NCBI GenBank assembly: GCA_039198955.1
Contig: JBCCTI010000031.1
Coordinates: 2,046 to 66,045 of the forward strand
Length of the DNA: 64,000 nt
Source: Bacteroidota bacterium
Lineage (GTDB): Bacteria > Bacteroidota > Bacteroidia > Cytophagales > Cyclobacteriaceae
Direction: 5' to 3'
The position numbers and the translations under genes were made by a program. Below the pieces are notes generated by a model. It did no database searches. It was not told where the DNA came from and worked only from the letters and a program-made list of their open reading frames with translations. Below are positions 8,606 to 17,280 of this stretch, in pieces (the first letter of the stretch is position 1; each line of letters starts with the position of its first letter).

Positions 8606-10756
8606 TCAAAGAAACCGAATCAATAGAATTTCTATTAAAAGGCATAGCAACGCCAATAACAGAGCGTACTTCCACAGAGCTACTTGATCGTTCTTAGATT
8701 GCATCAGAGCGGTAAATGCCTCCACATCTTCGGCTTCGTATAGAGAAACCTGCTCTAAATCGGTGATGCGCTGTTCCAGGTCAGCCACGGTGTACTGCTC
8801 CACCAGCGACTCAGTTTTGGTATTGTTAAATGAAAGGGATAGCAATCCTTCTTCTCGATTTACTGTCTCTGCTGATTCCTCGGTTCGTACGAGTTCATAA
8901 AAGCCGGCCTCGATGACATTCTGAGGTACTTCCATCAGTAAACGCCCGTTAACTACCCGTTGCGACGGGATCAATTCCTGCTCGTCGCGACGCAACTTGT
9001 ACAAATACCTTCCTCCACTTACCTCTCGACTAGCTGAGTCCAGTAAACGGGTGGCTTCCAGTGTAACCGTGTTTTCGTTCATAGGGTAGTATAGTGGTAC
9101 GTCTAAGGATTTGCTCATAGAGGCCAAGCGGTACATAACCGGAACGAAGATCGCGTGGCGGTACAAACTGGTAAACTCCTGTCGCAGCGGTGTGCTAAAT
9201 ACAAAAACCTGATTACCCGTAGCGAAAGGCGTACGTAGCGACAACAGGTAAGGATCACCCGTTTTATAGCTTAACAGGGAATTACCCCGCAAATTGTGGT
9301 TAACCAACGGTACCGCAAAGGGCATATCAAAATTATCAGCCTGCCCCTCAAACATATTATCGAAAAATGGATTCGCCAGGTCGGGGTTCGCTAGGGTAAC
9401 GGTCTGCACTCCGCTAGAATCGGCGTAGGTCTGGCGCTGAGCAACTAGCGAGGTGTTACGGGTAATCTCACTAAGAAAAGAAATATCACCGCTGGAAGGC
9501 AGAATAAACACAATATGTCCTTCGTTTTCCAGAAACTCCCGAATGTAGGGTAGCAGCACCGAGGCATTTTGGTTATTGCCCTCTATCTCGTTCAAAATCA
9601 GTAAATTGGTATTATCCAGCAAGCTATAATCCAGGTTATTGATGCTATACGATTGAAAGTTAAAAATATTCTCGTTGGCGTACACTCGTCCTACGTTGGT
9701 CGCACTATTCACCCGGTTGGCTGCCGGGTCGGAGGTTACCTCCAGAATATTAATTTTATCGCCCAGATTGAGGGTGAAGAAAAACTCATTATCAAATGTA
9801 ACTGGGTAGTCTTCAAACACAATCCGACACTGGTTCTGCGTCTGGAGGGGAAAATTAAGCGGAAAGCTGACAGTGTTAGTCGTATAAGCGTTGATATCTA
9901 CACTACCGCTGCCTACCTGTTGCTCATTTATCAACAGGCGAACAATTAGGTTTTCTACGGCTTCACTACCTTCGTTGCGTAGTGCCACCGCCAGTTCGTT
10001 TTCCTGCCCAGCCATAATAAAGGGATTAGCCAGATACATAGAGTCCACAAATACATTGTGCCGATACGACGACTGCACCGGAACTAGATTTGTCTGCAAA
10101 CTGGTATCTTGCCCCAGTTGGGTCATTTCACCAGAGGTCGACTTCTGAAAATCAGAAATCAGGTATACATCGGCCCGCTTGACCTGCTGACCTTGCAAAC
10201 CCGATAGTTGTACATCACCCTGAATTTTATGCAAAACCTCGTCCGTACTACGGGAGACCCCAGTAAGGGCTACGTTGGCTACCAGATCGGCCAGTTCGTC
10301 ACTACTTTTAGGCACTCGGGAAAAACTGCCGAAGCCATTGGTCAGTAATTTATACTGGGTATTGCGCGGGTAGTATGCGGCAATTTCATCGACGAAACTA
10401 ACGCCCTGATCAATACCCCGTACCCCACTCACTAGCTCCGAAGACATGCTGAGCGAATTATCCAAATAGAGATACACCAGTGGATTATTATCCGCCTCAG
10501 ACTCCTGACTGTTTTCGCCCGGTAGGTAGGGTTGAGCAAAGGTGAGCACCAGAAAAGTAATAAAAGCTAAGCGCGCCAGTAAAATCAGCAGATGTTTTAC
10601 TTTTAGCTTAGAGGTAGTGGTCTCCTTGACGTTTTTCAGAAACTGGTTGTTACTAAAGTATATTTTTTTAGTACGCCGAAAATTAAACAGGTGAATAATA
10701 ATCGGAATAGCCAGTGCTAACAGCCCCCACAAAAACCACGGATAAACAAAACTCAT
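8606..10756 (-). CDS. BatA-domain (N-terminal double TM) / vWA-like membrane protein
   Basis: MSFVYPWFLWGLLALAIPIIIHLFNFRR...FS..FL, YLDNSLSM (vWA DxSxS), ISDFQ and C-terminal LWKY..EILL. Confidence 0.85.
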   Translation of the reverse strand: MSFVYPWFLWGLLALAIPIIIHLFNFRRTKKIYFSNNQFLKNVKETTTSKLKVKHLLILLARLAFITFLVLTFAQPYLPGENSQESEADNNPLVYLYLDNSLSMSSELVSGVRGIDQGVSFVDEIAAYYPRNTQYKLLTNGFGSFSRVPKSSDELADLVANVALTGVSRSTDEVLHKIQGDVQLSGLQGQQVKRADVYLISDFQKSTSGEMTQLGQDTSLQTNLVPVQSSYRHNVFVDSMYLANPFIMAGQENELAVALRNEGSEAVENLIVRLLINEQQVGSGSVDINAYTTNTVSFPLNFPLQTQNQCRIVFEDYPVTFDNEFFFTLNLGDKINILEVTSDPAANRVNSATNVGRVYANENIFNFQSYSINNLDYSLLDNTNLLILNEIEGNNQNASVLLPYIREFLENEGHIVFILPSSGDISFLSEITRNTSLVAQRQTYADSSGVQTVTLANPDLANPFFDNMFEGQADNFDMPFAVPLVNHNLRGNSLLSYKTGDPYLLSLRTPFATGNQVFVFSTPLRQEFTSLYRHAIFVPVMYRLASMSKSLDVPLYYPMNENTVTLEATRLLDSASREVSGGRYLYKLRRDEQELIPSQRVVNGRLLMEVPQNVIEAGFYELVRTEESAETVNREEGLLSLSFNNTKTESLVEQYTVADLEQRITDLEQVSLYEAEDVEAFTALMQSKNDQVALWKYALLLALLCLLIEILLIRFL

Positions 10757-10759
10757 ACG

Positions 10760-11242
10760 TTAGCTGATTGGAAAGTATCGGTCTACTAATTCTCGGAAAC
10801 AGGCGTCGCCCCCCCGCCGTTCCAAAACGATATCGGCAACCTCGCGAATAGCCGGAGAAGCGTCAGCCGGACAGGCCGAGATGCCCACTTTCTGCATTAC
10901 TTCTCGGTCATTAATATCATCGCCCATAAACAGAATTTCTGAATATTGAATGTCCAACGTTTTCATCCAGCCCTCTAGTATTTGGGTTTTAGGGGCATGA
11001 CCCACGTAACAATATTCTACTCCTAGCATCTTAGCCCGAAGGGTAACAGTATTAGTACTAAGGCTGGCGCTGATGAACGCTACGGGCAGCCCTCGCCGAA
11101 TAAGTTTGGAGATAGCCATACCATCTTTGGCATTGTATTTTTTGAAAGAATCGCCTTTCTCAGTCACGTAAATTCCTCCGTCGGTGAGGGTTCCATCTAC
11201 ATCGAGCACAATTAAGCGAATCTTATCAGGATCAATATTCAT
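10760..11242 (-). CDS. kdsC: KdsC-like HAD phosphatase (KDO-8-phosphate phosphatase family)
   Basis: DVDGTLTDG, KDG and MGDDINDR...GISACPADA...GGDACFRE. Confidence 0.75.
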   Translation of the reverse strand: MNIDPDKIRLIVLDVDGTLTDGGIYVTEKGDSFKKYNAKDGMAISKLIRRGLPVAFISASLSTNTVTLRAKMLGVEYCYVGHAPKTQILEGWMKTLDIQYSEILFMGDDINDREVMQKVGISACPADASPAIREVADIVLERRGGDACFRELVDRYFPIS

Positions 11243-11246
11243 AAGT

Positions 11247-11316
11247 ATCAGGGTTTAGGGAATAGGTATTGGGCGTTAGATTCCAAAACCAAATCCCTGA
11301 TTCCCAACACCCAATA
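11247..11316. repeat. G-rich and C-rich heptamer arms with two cross-complementary blocks
   Basis: 11304-11316 pairs with 11267-11279; 11289-11301 pairs with 11247-11258 (see findings). Confidence 0.75.
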
Positions 11317-11397
11317 TAGTATTGCCTACCTGAATTAGTAACGATGGGTTGCTCTTTTCTAAATTCTGTACGAATTGTCTGGTTTTTTCTTTCCTAG

Positions 11398-12147
11398 CTA
11401 CAAAACCGCATCTACTGATTTACCAATAGGCAGAAAGTTTTCACCCACTTCAACATCTTCAGTATTGTACGAGCGCACGTGACGCTTATTTACAATATAC
11501 GACTTGTGAATGCGAACGAAGTCAGAAGGCAGTTCTTTTATGGCTTGTTTGAGACTAGCGTAGCGAATAAGTTTTTGCTGATCAGTAGTATGATAGGTAA
11601 TGTAGTTACCCATTCCCTCAATAAATAGAATCTGCTCGGGTTGTAGCCGAAATATCCGCTTATCAGCCTTAATCTCAATAACTGTCTGAGTGGTAAGTGA
11701 CTGATTATTTTTTCGTTCCTCAAAATAAAGGGTTAGTATTTTGAATGATGAAACGAACAATACAGTAGAGTTAATCAGAATAACCCCGCGCATAATCGGC
11801 CAGATCTCTAGCAGTTCGTTAATCGTCCACCCTGAGTTACCTTCGTAGAAATAATGACTGATTACTCGCTGCAAAATACCACATATCAGTATCAGCAACC
11901 CGTACTGAAGCCCGAAACGAAGGTATTTTTCTCGAAGCAGGCTACGAGGAATCAGCACGTAAATAGTAAGATATACCGCTGAAATACGGAGTGGTAGCAA
12001 GACAAACTCTAAGAAAAACGAATCGTAGTAGTCTCCATTGTAGCTCCAGATAAATCCGAAACTCACAAAATACCCCAGCCAGAATAGCACATGAGTGAGT
12101 ATACGCGAGCCAAATACATAGTAACTTCCCTGGTCTGAATAACTCAT
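11398..12147 (-). CDS. Membrane-anchored LytTR DNA-binding protein (TM region fused to LytTR, no receiver domain)
   Basis: Four hydrophobic helices, then IKAD...ILFIEGMGNYITYHT...FVRIHKSYIVN...LPIGKS (LytTR). Confidence 0.85.
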   Translation of the reverse strand: MSYSDQGSYYVFGSRILTHVLFWLGYFVSFGFIWSYNGDYYDSFFLEFVLLPLRISAVYLTIYVLIPRSLLREKYLRFGLQYGLLILICGILQRVISHYFYEGNSGWTINELLEIWPIMRGVILINSTVLFVSSFKILTLYFEERKNNQSLTTQTVIEIKADKRIFRLQPEQILFIEGMGNYITYHTTDQQKLIRYASLKQAIKELPSDFVRIHKSYIVNKRHVRSYNTEDVEVGENFLPIGKSVDAVL

Positions 12148-12168
12148 ATCCTGAATATAGGGATGATC

Positions 12169-12198
12169 GCATAAAAATACGTCTCGTTGGCATAAAAA
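12169..12198 (+). promoter_or_regulatory. Putative LytTR binding site: GCATAAAAA-N12-GCATAAAAA
   Basis: Two identical 9-mers at 12169 and 12190 (21-bp period), followed by a degenerate -7 box TATGCTTG at 12224-12231. Confidence 0.55.
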
Positions 12199-12243
12199 GC
12201 CCCCGCAACGGGGGATAATTGCCTATGCTTGTCCGAAAAACGT

Positions 12244-13554
12244 ATGAAGTATTTCCTTTCTTATTTCGCCGTAACTTTACTTTTCACCGTATCAGCCTAT
12301 AGTCAGGAACTCGGCCGACGGGCTAGTTGGCAAGCTCGAGTCAGTTATCCCGACGGAGGTATTCCCGGAGCAATTATACAAAGTGTAGAACCAGACTCGC
12401 CACTGGAAAAAGCTGGAATGCAATCAGGCGACAAAATCATCCGAGTAAATGGGATATTAGCAAAAGATGCCGAAGCCTGGACAGAAATCACTTACTCATT
12501 ACGAGCCGATACACCTGTTCACATTTTATTCAAGCGAAGAGCAGCAGAAAAATCACTCACCGTGAACCTTGGAGGACGACTGAAGGAAAAATACGTTGGG
12601 TTAGACACCTATTATGAATCAGTACTAAACGATTATGGAGTTCGACAGAGGGTGATTATTACTAAACCCCAACGCGAAGGTAAATTACCTGCCATGCTTT
12701 TCATCGGAGGACTGAGCTGTTCTACGCTGGAGCTTTCGCCTAACTCCACCAGTAATTGGGCAAAAGTAATTAGAGCATTGGTGGAGGAAACGGATATGGT
12801 GGTGATGCGGGTAGAAAAAGTGGGGGTAGGCGATAGCGAAGGGGACTGCTCTCAAACTGATTTCCTTACTGAAATGGCGGGTTACCGGGCTGCTTTGCAA
12901 GCATTGAAGCAAAAACCCTATGTGGATACTACTCAAATCATTATCTACGGGTCTAGTATGGGTAGTGCTATTGCTCCTACCCTAGCCAATGAGTTTAATC
13001 TGAAAGGAGTAATCTCTGATGGCACTTTCTTCAAAACCTGGTATGAGCATATGCTGGAGATTGAACGGCGTATCCGGCAAATGGAGGGTGATTCGGAGGC
13101 AGAGATTGTACGTAAAATGAATACTATCTACATTCCGCTCTACCACGGCATGCTGATTGAGAAGAAAACTTACGCCGAAGTGATCGATAAGTATCCGGCT
13201 TTGGCTGAATATAACTATCATGCTCCAGCTCATATGTACGGTCGCCCGGTGGCCTACTATCATCAACTACAAGATTTTAACCTAGCTAAGGGCTGGGAGG
13301 AACTTAAAGCTCCGGTACGCATTATGCGCGGTACCAACGACTGGATTATGTCCGCCTATGACAACGAGATGATTATGCAGGTACTAGAGGAAACCGGACA
13401 TCAGGATCACGAACTTTACCAATTTCCTGGCTTAGATCACTGGAACAAAATCCACGAAAGACCTAACGATTCTTACTTGGGTAAGCCCGGAAAGTGGAAT
13501 GAGCGAATTAGTGGTATTCTGGTTGAGTGGGCAAAAGAGTTAGTTGCCAAATAG
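12244..13554 (+). CDS. Secreted PDZ-domain alpha/beta hydrolase
   Basis: Signal peptide MKYFLSYFAVTLLFTVSAYS, PDZ (SPLEKAGMQSGDKIIRVNG), nucleophile elbow GSSMG and His in GLDH. Confidence 0.8.
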   Translation: MKYFLSYFAVTLLFTVSAYSQELGRRASWQARVSYPDGGIPGAIIQSVEPDSPLEKAGMQSGDKIIRVNGILAKDAEAWTEITYSLRADTPVHILFKRRAAEKSLTVNLGGRLKEKYVGLDTYYESVLNDYGVRQRVIITKPQREGKLPAMLFIGGLSCSTLELSPNSTSNWAKVIRALVEETDMVVMRVEKVGVGDSEGDCSQTDFLTEMAGYRAALQALKQKPYVDTTQIIIYGSSMGSAIAPTLANEFNLKGVISDGTFFKTWYEHMLEIERRIRQMEGDSEAEIVRKMNTIYIPLYHGMLIEKKTYAEVIDKYPALAEYNYHAPAHMYGRPVAYYHQLQDFNLAKGWEELKAPVRIMRGTNDWIMSAYDNEMIMQVLEETGHQDHELYQFPGLDHWNKIHERPNDSYLGKPGKWNERISGILVEWAKELVAK

Positions 13555-13686
13555 CGACTTGGTATCACTTTCTTGATTCGCGCTGCAAGATTTACACTTA
13601 GGTACCGTTTCTTCTATGTAATAAAAACGAAGTTTTCCCGCACGAAATCATTTTAGCCTTTCTTGAGTTTATAGTATATTCGTATC

Positions 13687-13921
13687 TGGAAATTTACAAG
13701 AAGGTGCAAACGTATGCATCCGTTCTTTTACATACTGAAGATTACCCGCTTGAGTCTAATCTCGTTTTCTAAATCCAACACTTAGACCAATACCGAGCCA
13801 AGTGTGCTACCAAAACCGGGCCTCACCCTAACTTACCCGTTAGGGCACTCTTTAAAAAGGAGTGTTAACAGTGGAGGGTTGCGATGGCGTAACAGCTCAA
13901 ATCCTGTTTATTATGGGATTT
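13687..13921 (+). ncRNA. Candidate structured small RNA, possibly 6S-like
   Basis: Lies in a 380-bp gap between convergent genes. Long-range pairings TTGAG/CTCAA and AACACT/AGTGTT; hairpins CCCTAAC/GTTAGGG, CACTC/GAGTG and terminal AAATCC/GGATTT; near-consensus -7 box TATATTCG just upstream. Ends and strand are estimates. Confidence 0.4.
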
Positions 13922-13937
13922 AGTAAAACCGACAGGC

Positions 13938-14522
13938 TCAAGTTGGGTTTTTTTCTAAAATTTCCTCCCGACCCTCTTCCAATCTTTTAGCTTCTTGCAG
14001 GGCTTCCTTTACCGAAACTCGTTCACCATCTACTTTGGCTACTACAAACGCATCCTGGATGCCCATTTGCTGAATATCTCTCTGAAACGCCAGAGCTTTC
14101 GGCAAGTCCCGAAATTTTCCGAGAGTGTATTGATCTAGCGGCCCGTTATAATCAATGTTCATCTTTACGAGATCTTCCTGATAGTCAGCCAGATCAAAGT
14201 TTTCAAATGCTCCAATCTGTACTTCGTAAAAAACCCCAGTGTAGTAGGGCGAAAGCTCCAGTAGCAAGTCATTTACTCGGTAAAGGCTATCAATCTGTTC
14301 TTTCAGATAATAGTTCTGGGCTTCAGCCCGATCCAACGACTTTTGTACTTGAGGCCAACGGCCAAACAGCGGGGTAAAAAACTCAATAAATATTAAGTAA
14401 CCAACTAACAGAAAAATGAGTCCTCCGCTAAATATCAGTCCTTGTTTGAGTAGTTTATTGTGCTGCTGTACCTGACTTTTCTGCTTACTAACTTGCTGAA
14501 ATTGTTCGGCGAGAGTTTCCAT
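13938..14522 (-). CDS. Single-TM coiled-coil protein with C-terminal SPOR-like domain
   Basis: TM helix, coiled coil, then FYEVQIGAF...YTLGKF...A..F...I..MGIQDAFVVAKVDGERV. Confidence 0.6.
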   Translation of the reverse strand: METLAEQFQQVSKQKSQVQQHNKLLKQGLIFSGGLIFLLVGYLIFIEFFTPLFGRWPQVQKSLDRAEAQNYYLKEQIDSLYRVNDLLLELSPYYTGVFYEVQIGAFENFDLADYQEDLVKMNIDYNGPLDQYTLGKFRDLPKALAFQRDIQQMGIQDAFVVAKVDGERVSVKEALQEAKRLEEGREEILEKNPT

Positions 14523-14612
14523 ATACTAAATTAAACTTTGTGGTTAATTACTGCAATTCGGCAGATTATCGGATAAATTTACGCTTCTATTGGTATTATC
14601 CGAACGGGCAAT

Positions 14613-14620
14613 TATATTTG
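14613..14620 (+). promoter_or_regulatory. -7 element TATATTTG, trp promoter
   Basis: Exact TAnnTTTG immediately upstream of the Trp-rich leader ORF. Confidence 0.65.
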
Positions 14621-14628
14621 CTACTGAA

Positions 14629-14694
14629 ATGGACACTAAATCAATCAATATGTTTACTTTCTGGTGGTGGCGCGTAGAATACTTCTTCGCGTGA
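14629..14694 (+). CDS. trpL: trp operon leader peptide (M)DTKSINMFTFWWWRVEYFFA; ATG 14650 is an alternative start
   Basis: Three consecutive TGG codons at 14662-14670, followed by a terminator and trpE. Confidence 0.85.
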   Translation: MDTKSINMFTFWWWRVEYFFA

Positions 14695-14730
14695 ACCAGA
14701 GGTAATATATTGTCAAAATAATTTTATGAT

Positions 14731-14763
14731 AGCCTACTGTTTACGCAGTGGGCTTTTTTTTTT
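14731..14763 (+). terminator. Attenuator terminator hairpin
   Basis: AGCCTACTG-TTTACG-CAGTGGGCT stem (one G-U pair) followed by a 10-T run; possible antiterminator 14689-14699 pairing with 14737-14746. Confidence 0.85.
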
Positions 14764-14785
14764 ACAAAATCTAACCGACAAGAAT

Positions 14786-16225
14786 ATGAATACTGATCTT
14801 TCTTCCTCCATCTTTCGGCTGACTACCCGTTCCGAGCGATTGCTAGCCGATACAGTCACCCCCGTAAGCATTTACCTAAAAATCCGTGACCGTTACGAGA
14901 ACCCTATTTTACTAGAAAGCTCCGATTACCACAGTAGTGATAATAGTTTTTCGTATATCTGTTGCCAACCGATCGCCTCTTTTTCGGTAAGTCAGCGAAA
15001 AGTAACTCAGGTACTACCAGATGGCAACAAAGAAGAGACTGTAGTGGAAAATCCTCAAGAAATTATCGGAATGCTCACCGAATTTGCCAGCCGATTTCAG
15101 AGCGAAGAGCACGCTTACCGATTTACCACCAATGGTTTATTCGGTTACATGGGCTACGATGCCGTACAGTATTTTGAGGATATTGATCTATCTTCAGACG
15201 AAAAAAGCCAGTATAACATTCCTGAAATTCACTACGCGGTGTACCGTTACGTAATTGCCGTAGACCATTTTCGTAATGAACTGTACGCTTTTGAGCATCA
15301 GCACGAAGGAAATAATAGCGAAGAAAGTGGATTGGCAAACCTGCTGGCACTTATCAATAATAAAAATATTCCTAGCTATCACTTCAAGCGTAGCGAAGCC
15401 GAAAGTAGCAATTACACCGATGAGGAATTTTTAGATATTATTGGCAAGGGACGCGAGCACTGCTTCCGGGGCGACGTTTTTCAGATTGTACTATCGCGCC
15501 GCTTCCAGACTTCTTTCAAGGGTGATGAGTTTAATGTTTATCGAACTTTGCGTTCTATCAATCCTTCACCCTACTTATTTTACTTCGACTACGGTAACTA
15601 CAAGCTGTTCGGCTCATCGCCCGAAGCCCAGATTGTAATTAAGGATGATACCGCCAGCATCTACCCCATTGCCGGAACCTTCCGCCGAACGGGCAACGAT
15701 GAAGCCGATGCCGAACTCGCCCGCAAGCTGATGGACGATCCTAAAGAAAATTCAGAACACGTGATGCTAGTCGATTTAGCCCGCAATGACTTAAGCCGTA
15801 ATGGTGATGATGTAACGGTAGAAACCTTCAAGGAGATTCAGTATTTCTCCCACGTTATCCACCTAGTTTCTAAAGTAACTGGAACCCTGTCGAGCGATAC
15901 TTCGCCCATTCGGGTGGTCGCTGATACTTTTCCCGCCGGAACGCTTTCGGGTGCCCCCAAACATATGGCCATGCAGCTAATCCATCGGTACGAAAGCACT
16001 CAACGAGGCTATTACGGCGGTGCTTTGGGTTTTCTGGGTTTCAACGGAGACTTCAACCATGCGATTATGATTCGCTCATTCTTGAGCCAAGATAACACAT
16101 TGTACTACCAAGCGGGAGCCGGCATTGTCGCTAAATCGGAAGTTGAGAAGGAGTTGCAAGAGGTAAATAATAAGTTAGCGGCTCTTCGAAAGGCATTGGA
16201 ACTAGCTGAATCAATTGCAAATTGA
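14786..16225 (+). CDS. trpE: Anthranilate synthase component I
   Basis: LLADTVTPV, LLESS, GDVFQIVLSRRF, NPSPY, PIAGT, EHVMLVDLARNDL, FPAGTLSGAPK and QAGAGIV. Confidence 0.95.
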   Translation: MNTDLSSSIFRLTTRSERLLADTVTPVSIYLKIRDRYENPILLESSDYHSSDNSFSYICCQPIASFSVSQRKVTQVLPDGNKEETVVENPQEIIGMLTEFASRFQSEEHAYRFTTNGLFGYMGYDAVQYFEDIDLSSDEKSQYNIPEIHYAVYRYVIAVDHFRNELYAFEHQHEGNNSEESGLANLLALINNKNIPSYHFKRSEAESSNYTDEEFLDIIGKGREHCFRGDVFQIVLSRRFQTSFKGDEFNVYRTLRSINPSPYLFYFDYGNYKLFGSSPEAQIVIKDDTASIYPIAGTFRRTGNDEADAELARKLMDDPKENSEHVMLVDLARNDLSRNGDDVTVETFKEIQYFSHVIHLVSKVTGTLSSDTSPIRVVADTFPAGTLSGAPKHMAMQLIHRYESTQRGYYGGALGFLGFNGDFNHAIMIRSFLSQDNTLYYQAGAGIVAKSEVEKELQEVNNKLAALRKALELAESIAN

Positions 16226-16673
16226 AAGATTACAAATTGCAGATTGAAAAATTGTAAGATTACAAATCGTTAAGGATGGCGAAGAAAATTGAGCAGTTTG
16301 AAGACTTACCGATCTGGCAGCAAGCGGTTGATATTGCTTCTGAAGTATATCTGCTAAGTAATCAAGACGAATGGAAGTATTCTTTTGGTATTAAAGACCA
16401 GATACAACGATCGGCATTGTCTATCTCCAGTAATATCGCTGAAGGTTTTGAGTATGACAATACCAAAGATTTTATCCGTTTTCTCCGGTACGCTAAAGGC
16501 TCAGCCGGAGAGCTACGCAGTCAACTATATATTCTTTATCGCTCAGAGATAGTCCAGCGGGCTGAATACGAAGCCCTACACACTAAACTTCTGGAAATGT
16601 CCCGTCAACTATCCGCTTTTATGAAATACCTGAAGTCACGCACCCAATAATTTGCAATTTTCCAATCTACAAT
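16214..16673 (+). mobile_element. Inverted-repeat-flanked four-helix-bundle cassette between trpE and trpG (mobility inferred)
   Basis: Arm 16236-16257 matches the reverse complement of 16652-16673 at 19 of 22 nt; both arms are built of ATTxxAA-type heptamers. Confidence 0.55.
16276..16650 (+). CDS. Four-helix-bundle protein (23S rRNA IVS-protein family)
   Basis: FEDLPIWQQA, KDQIQRSALSISSNIAEGF and FLRYAKGSAGELRSQL. Confidence 0.9.
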   Translation: MAKKIEQFEDLPIWQQAVDIASEVYLLSNQDEWKYSFGIKDQIQRSALSISSNIAEGFEYDNTKDFIRFLRYAKGSAGELRSQLYILYRSEIVQRAEYEALHTKLLEMSRQLSAFMKYLKSRTQ

Positions 16674-16678
16674 CAACC

Positions 16679-17251
16679 ATGAAAATACTAGTACTAGATA
16701 ATTACGATTCATTTACCTACAACTTGGTCCATATTCTGCGAGAGTTGGGAGTGGGTGAACAGATGGATATTATTCGCAACGATAAGATTTCAGTAGAGGA
16801 AGTAGATCGCTACGATAAAATTTTGCTTTCCCCCGGACCGGGTATTCCGTCTGAGGCAGGCATTATGATGGATGTAATCAAAACCTATGCTCCGAGTAAA
16901 AGTATTTTAGGTATTTGTCTCGGACATCAGGGAATTGCCGAAGCCTTTGAGGCCGATTTGTACAACATGCCATTGGTACTGCACGGTTACGGCGACAAGG
17001 TTTTTATTGAAGATGACAAAGAGTACCTGTTTGACGGAATTCCTACATCATTTAATGTGTGCCGTTACCATAGCTGGGCGGTGGTAGCTGATTCTATGAA
17101 TGAAAATCTGGTGGTAACTGCCCGGGACATTAAGGGAGAGATTATGGGACTTCGTCATCGGCAGTATGATGTAAAAGGGCTACAGTTTCATCCTGAATCC
17201 ATCTTAACCGAACATGGGAAGGAGATGATTAAGAATTGGTTAGGACGCTGA
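16679..17251 (+). CDS. trpG: Anthranilate synthase component II (glutamine amidotransferase)
   Basis: MKILVLDNYDSFTYN, SPGPG, GICLGHQ, RYHS and QFHPES. Confidence 0.95.
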   Translation: MKILVLDNYDSFTYNLVHILRELGVGEQMDIIRNDKISVEEVDRYDKILLSPGPGIPSEAGIMMDVIKTYAPSKSILGICLGHQGIAEAFEADLYNMPLVLHGYGDKVFIEDDKEYLFDGIPTSFNVCRYHSWAVVADSMNENLVVTARDIKGEIMGLRHRQYDVKGLQFHPESILTEHGKEMIKNWLGR

Positions 17252-17280
17252 TTGCTGAAAGCTGAAATTAATGAGGTGCG

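Noticed and set aside
14726-14785. Longer trpE start given by the ORF track
   Set aside because: It would translate through the attenuator terminator; ATG 14786 lies just after the T-run.
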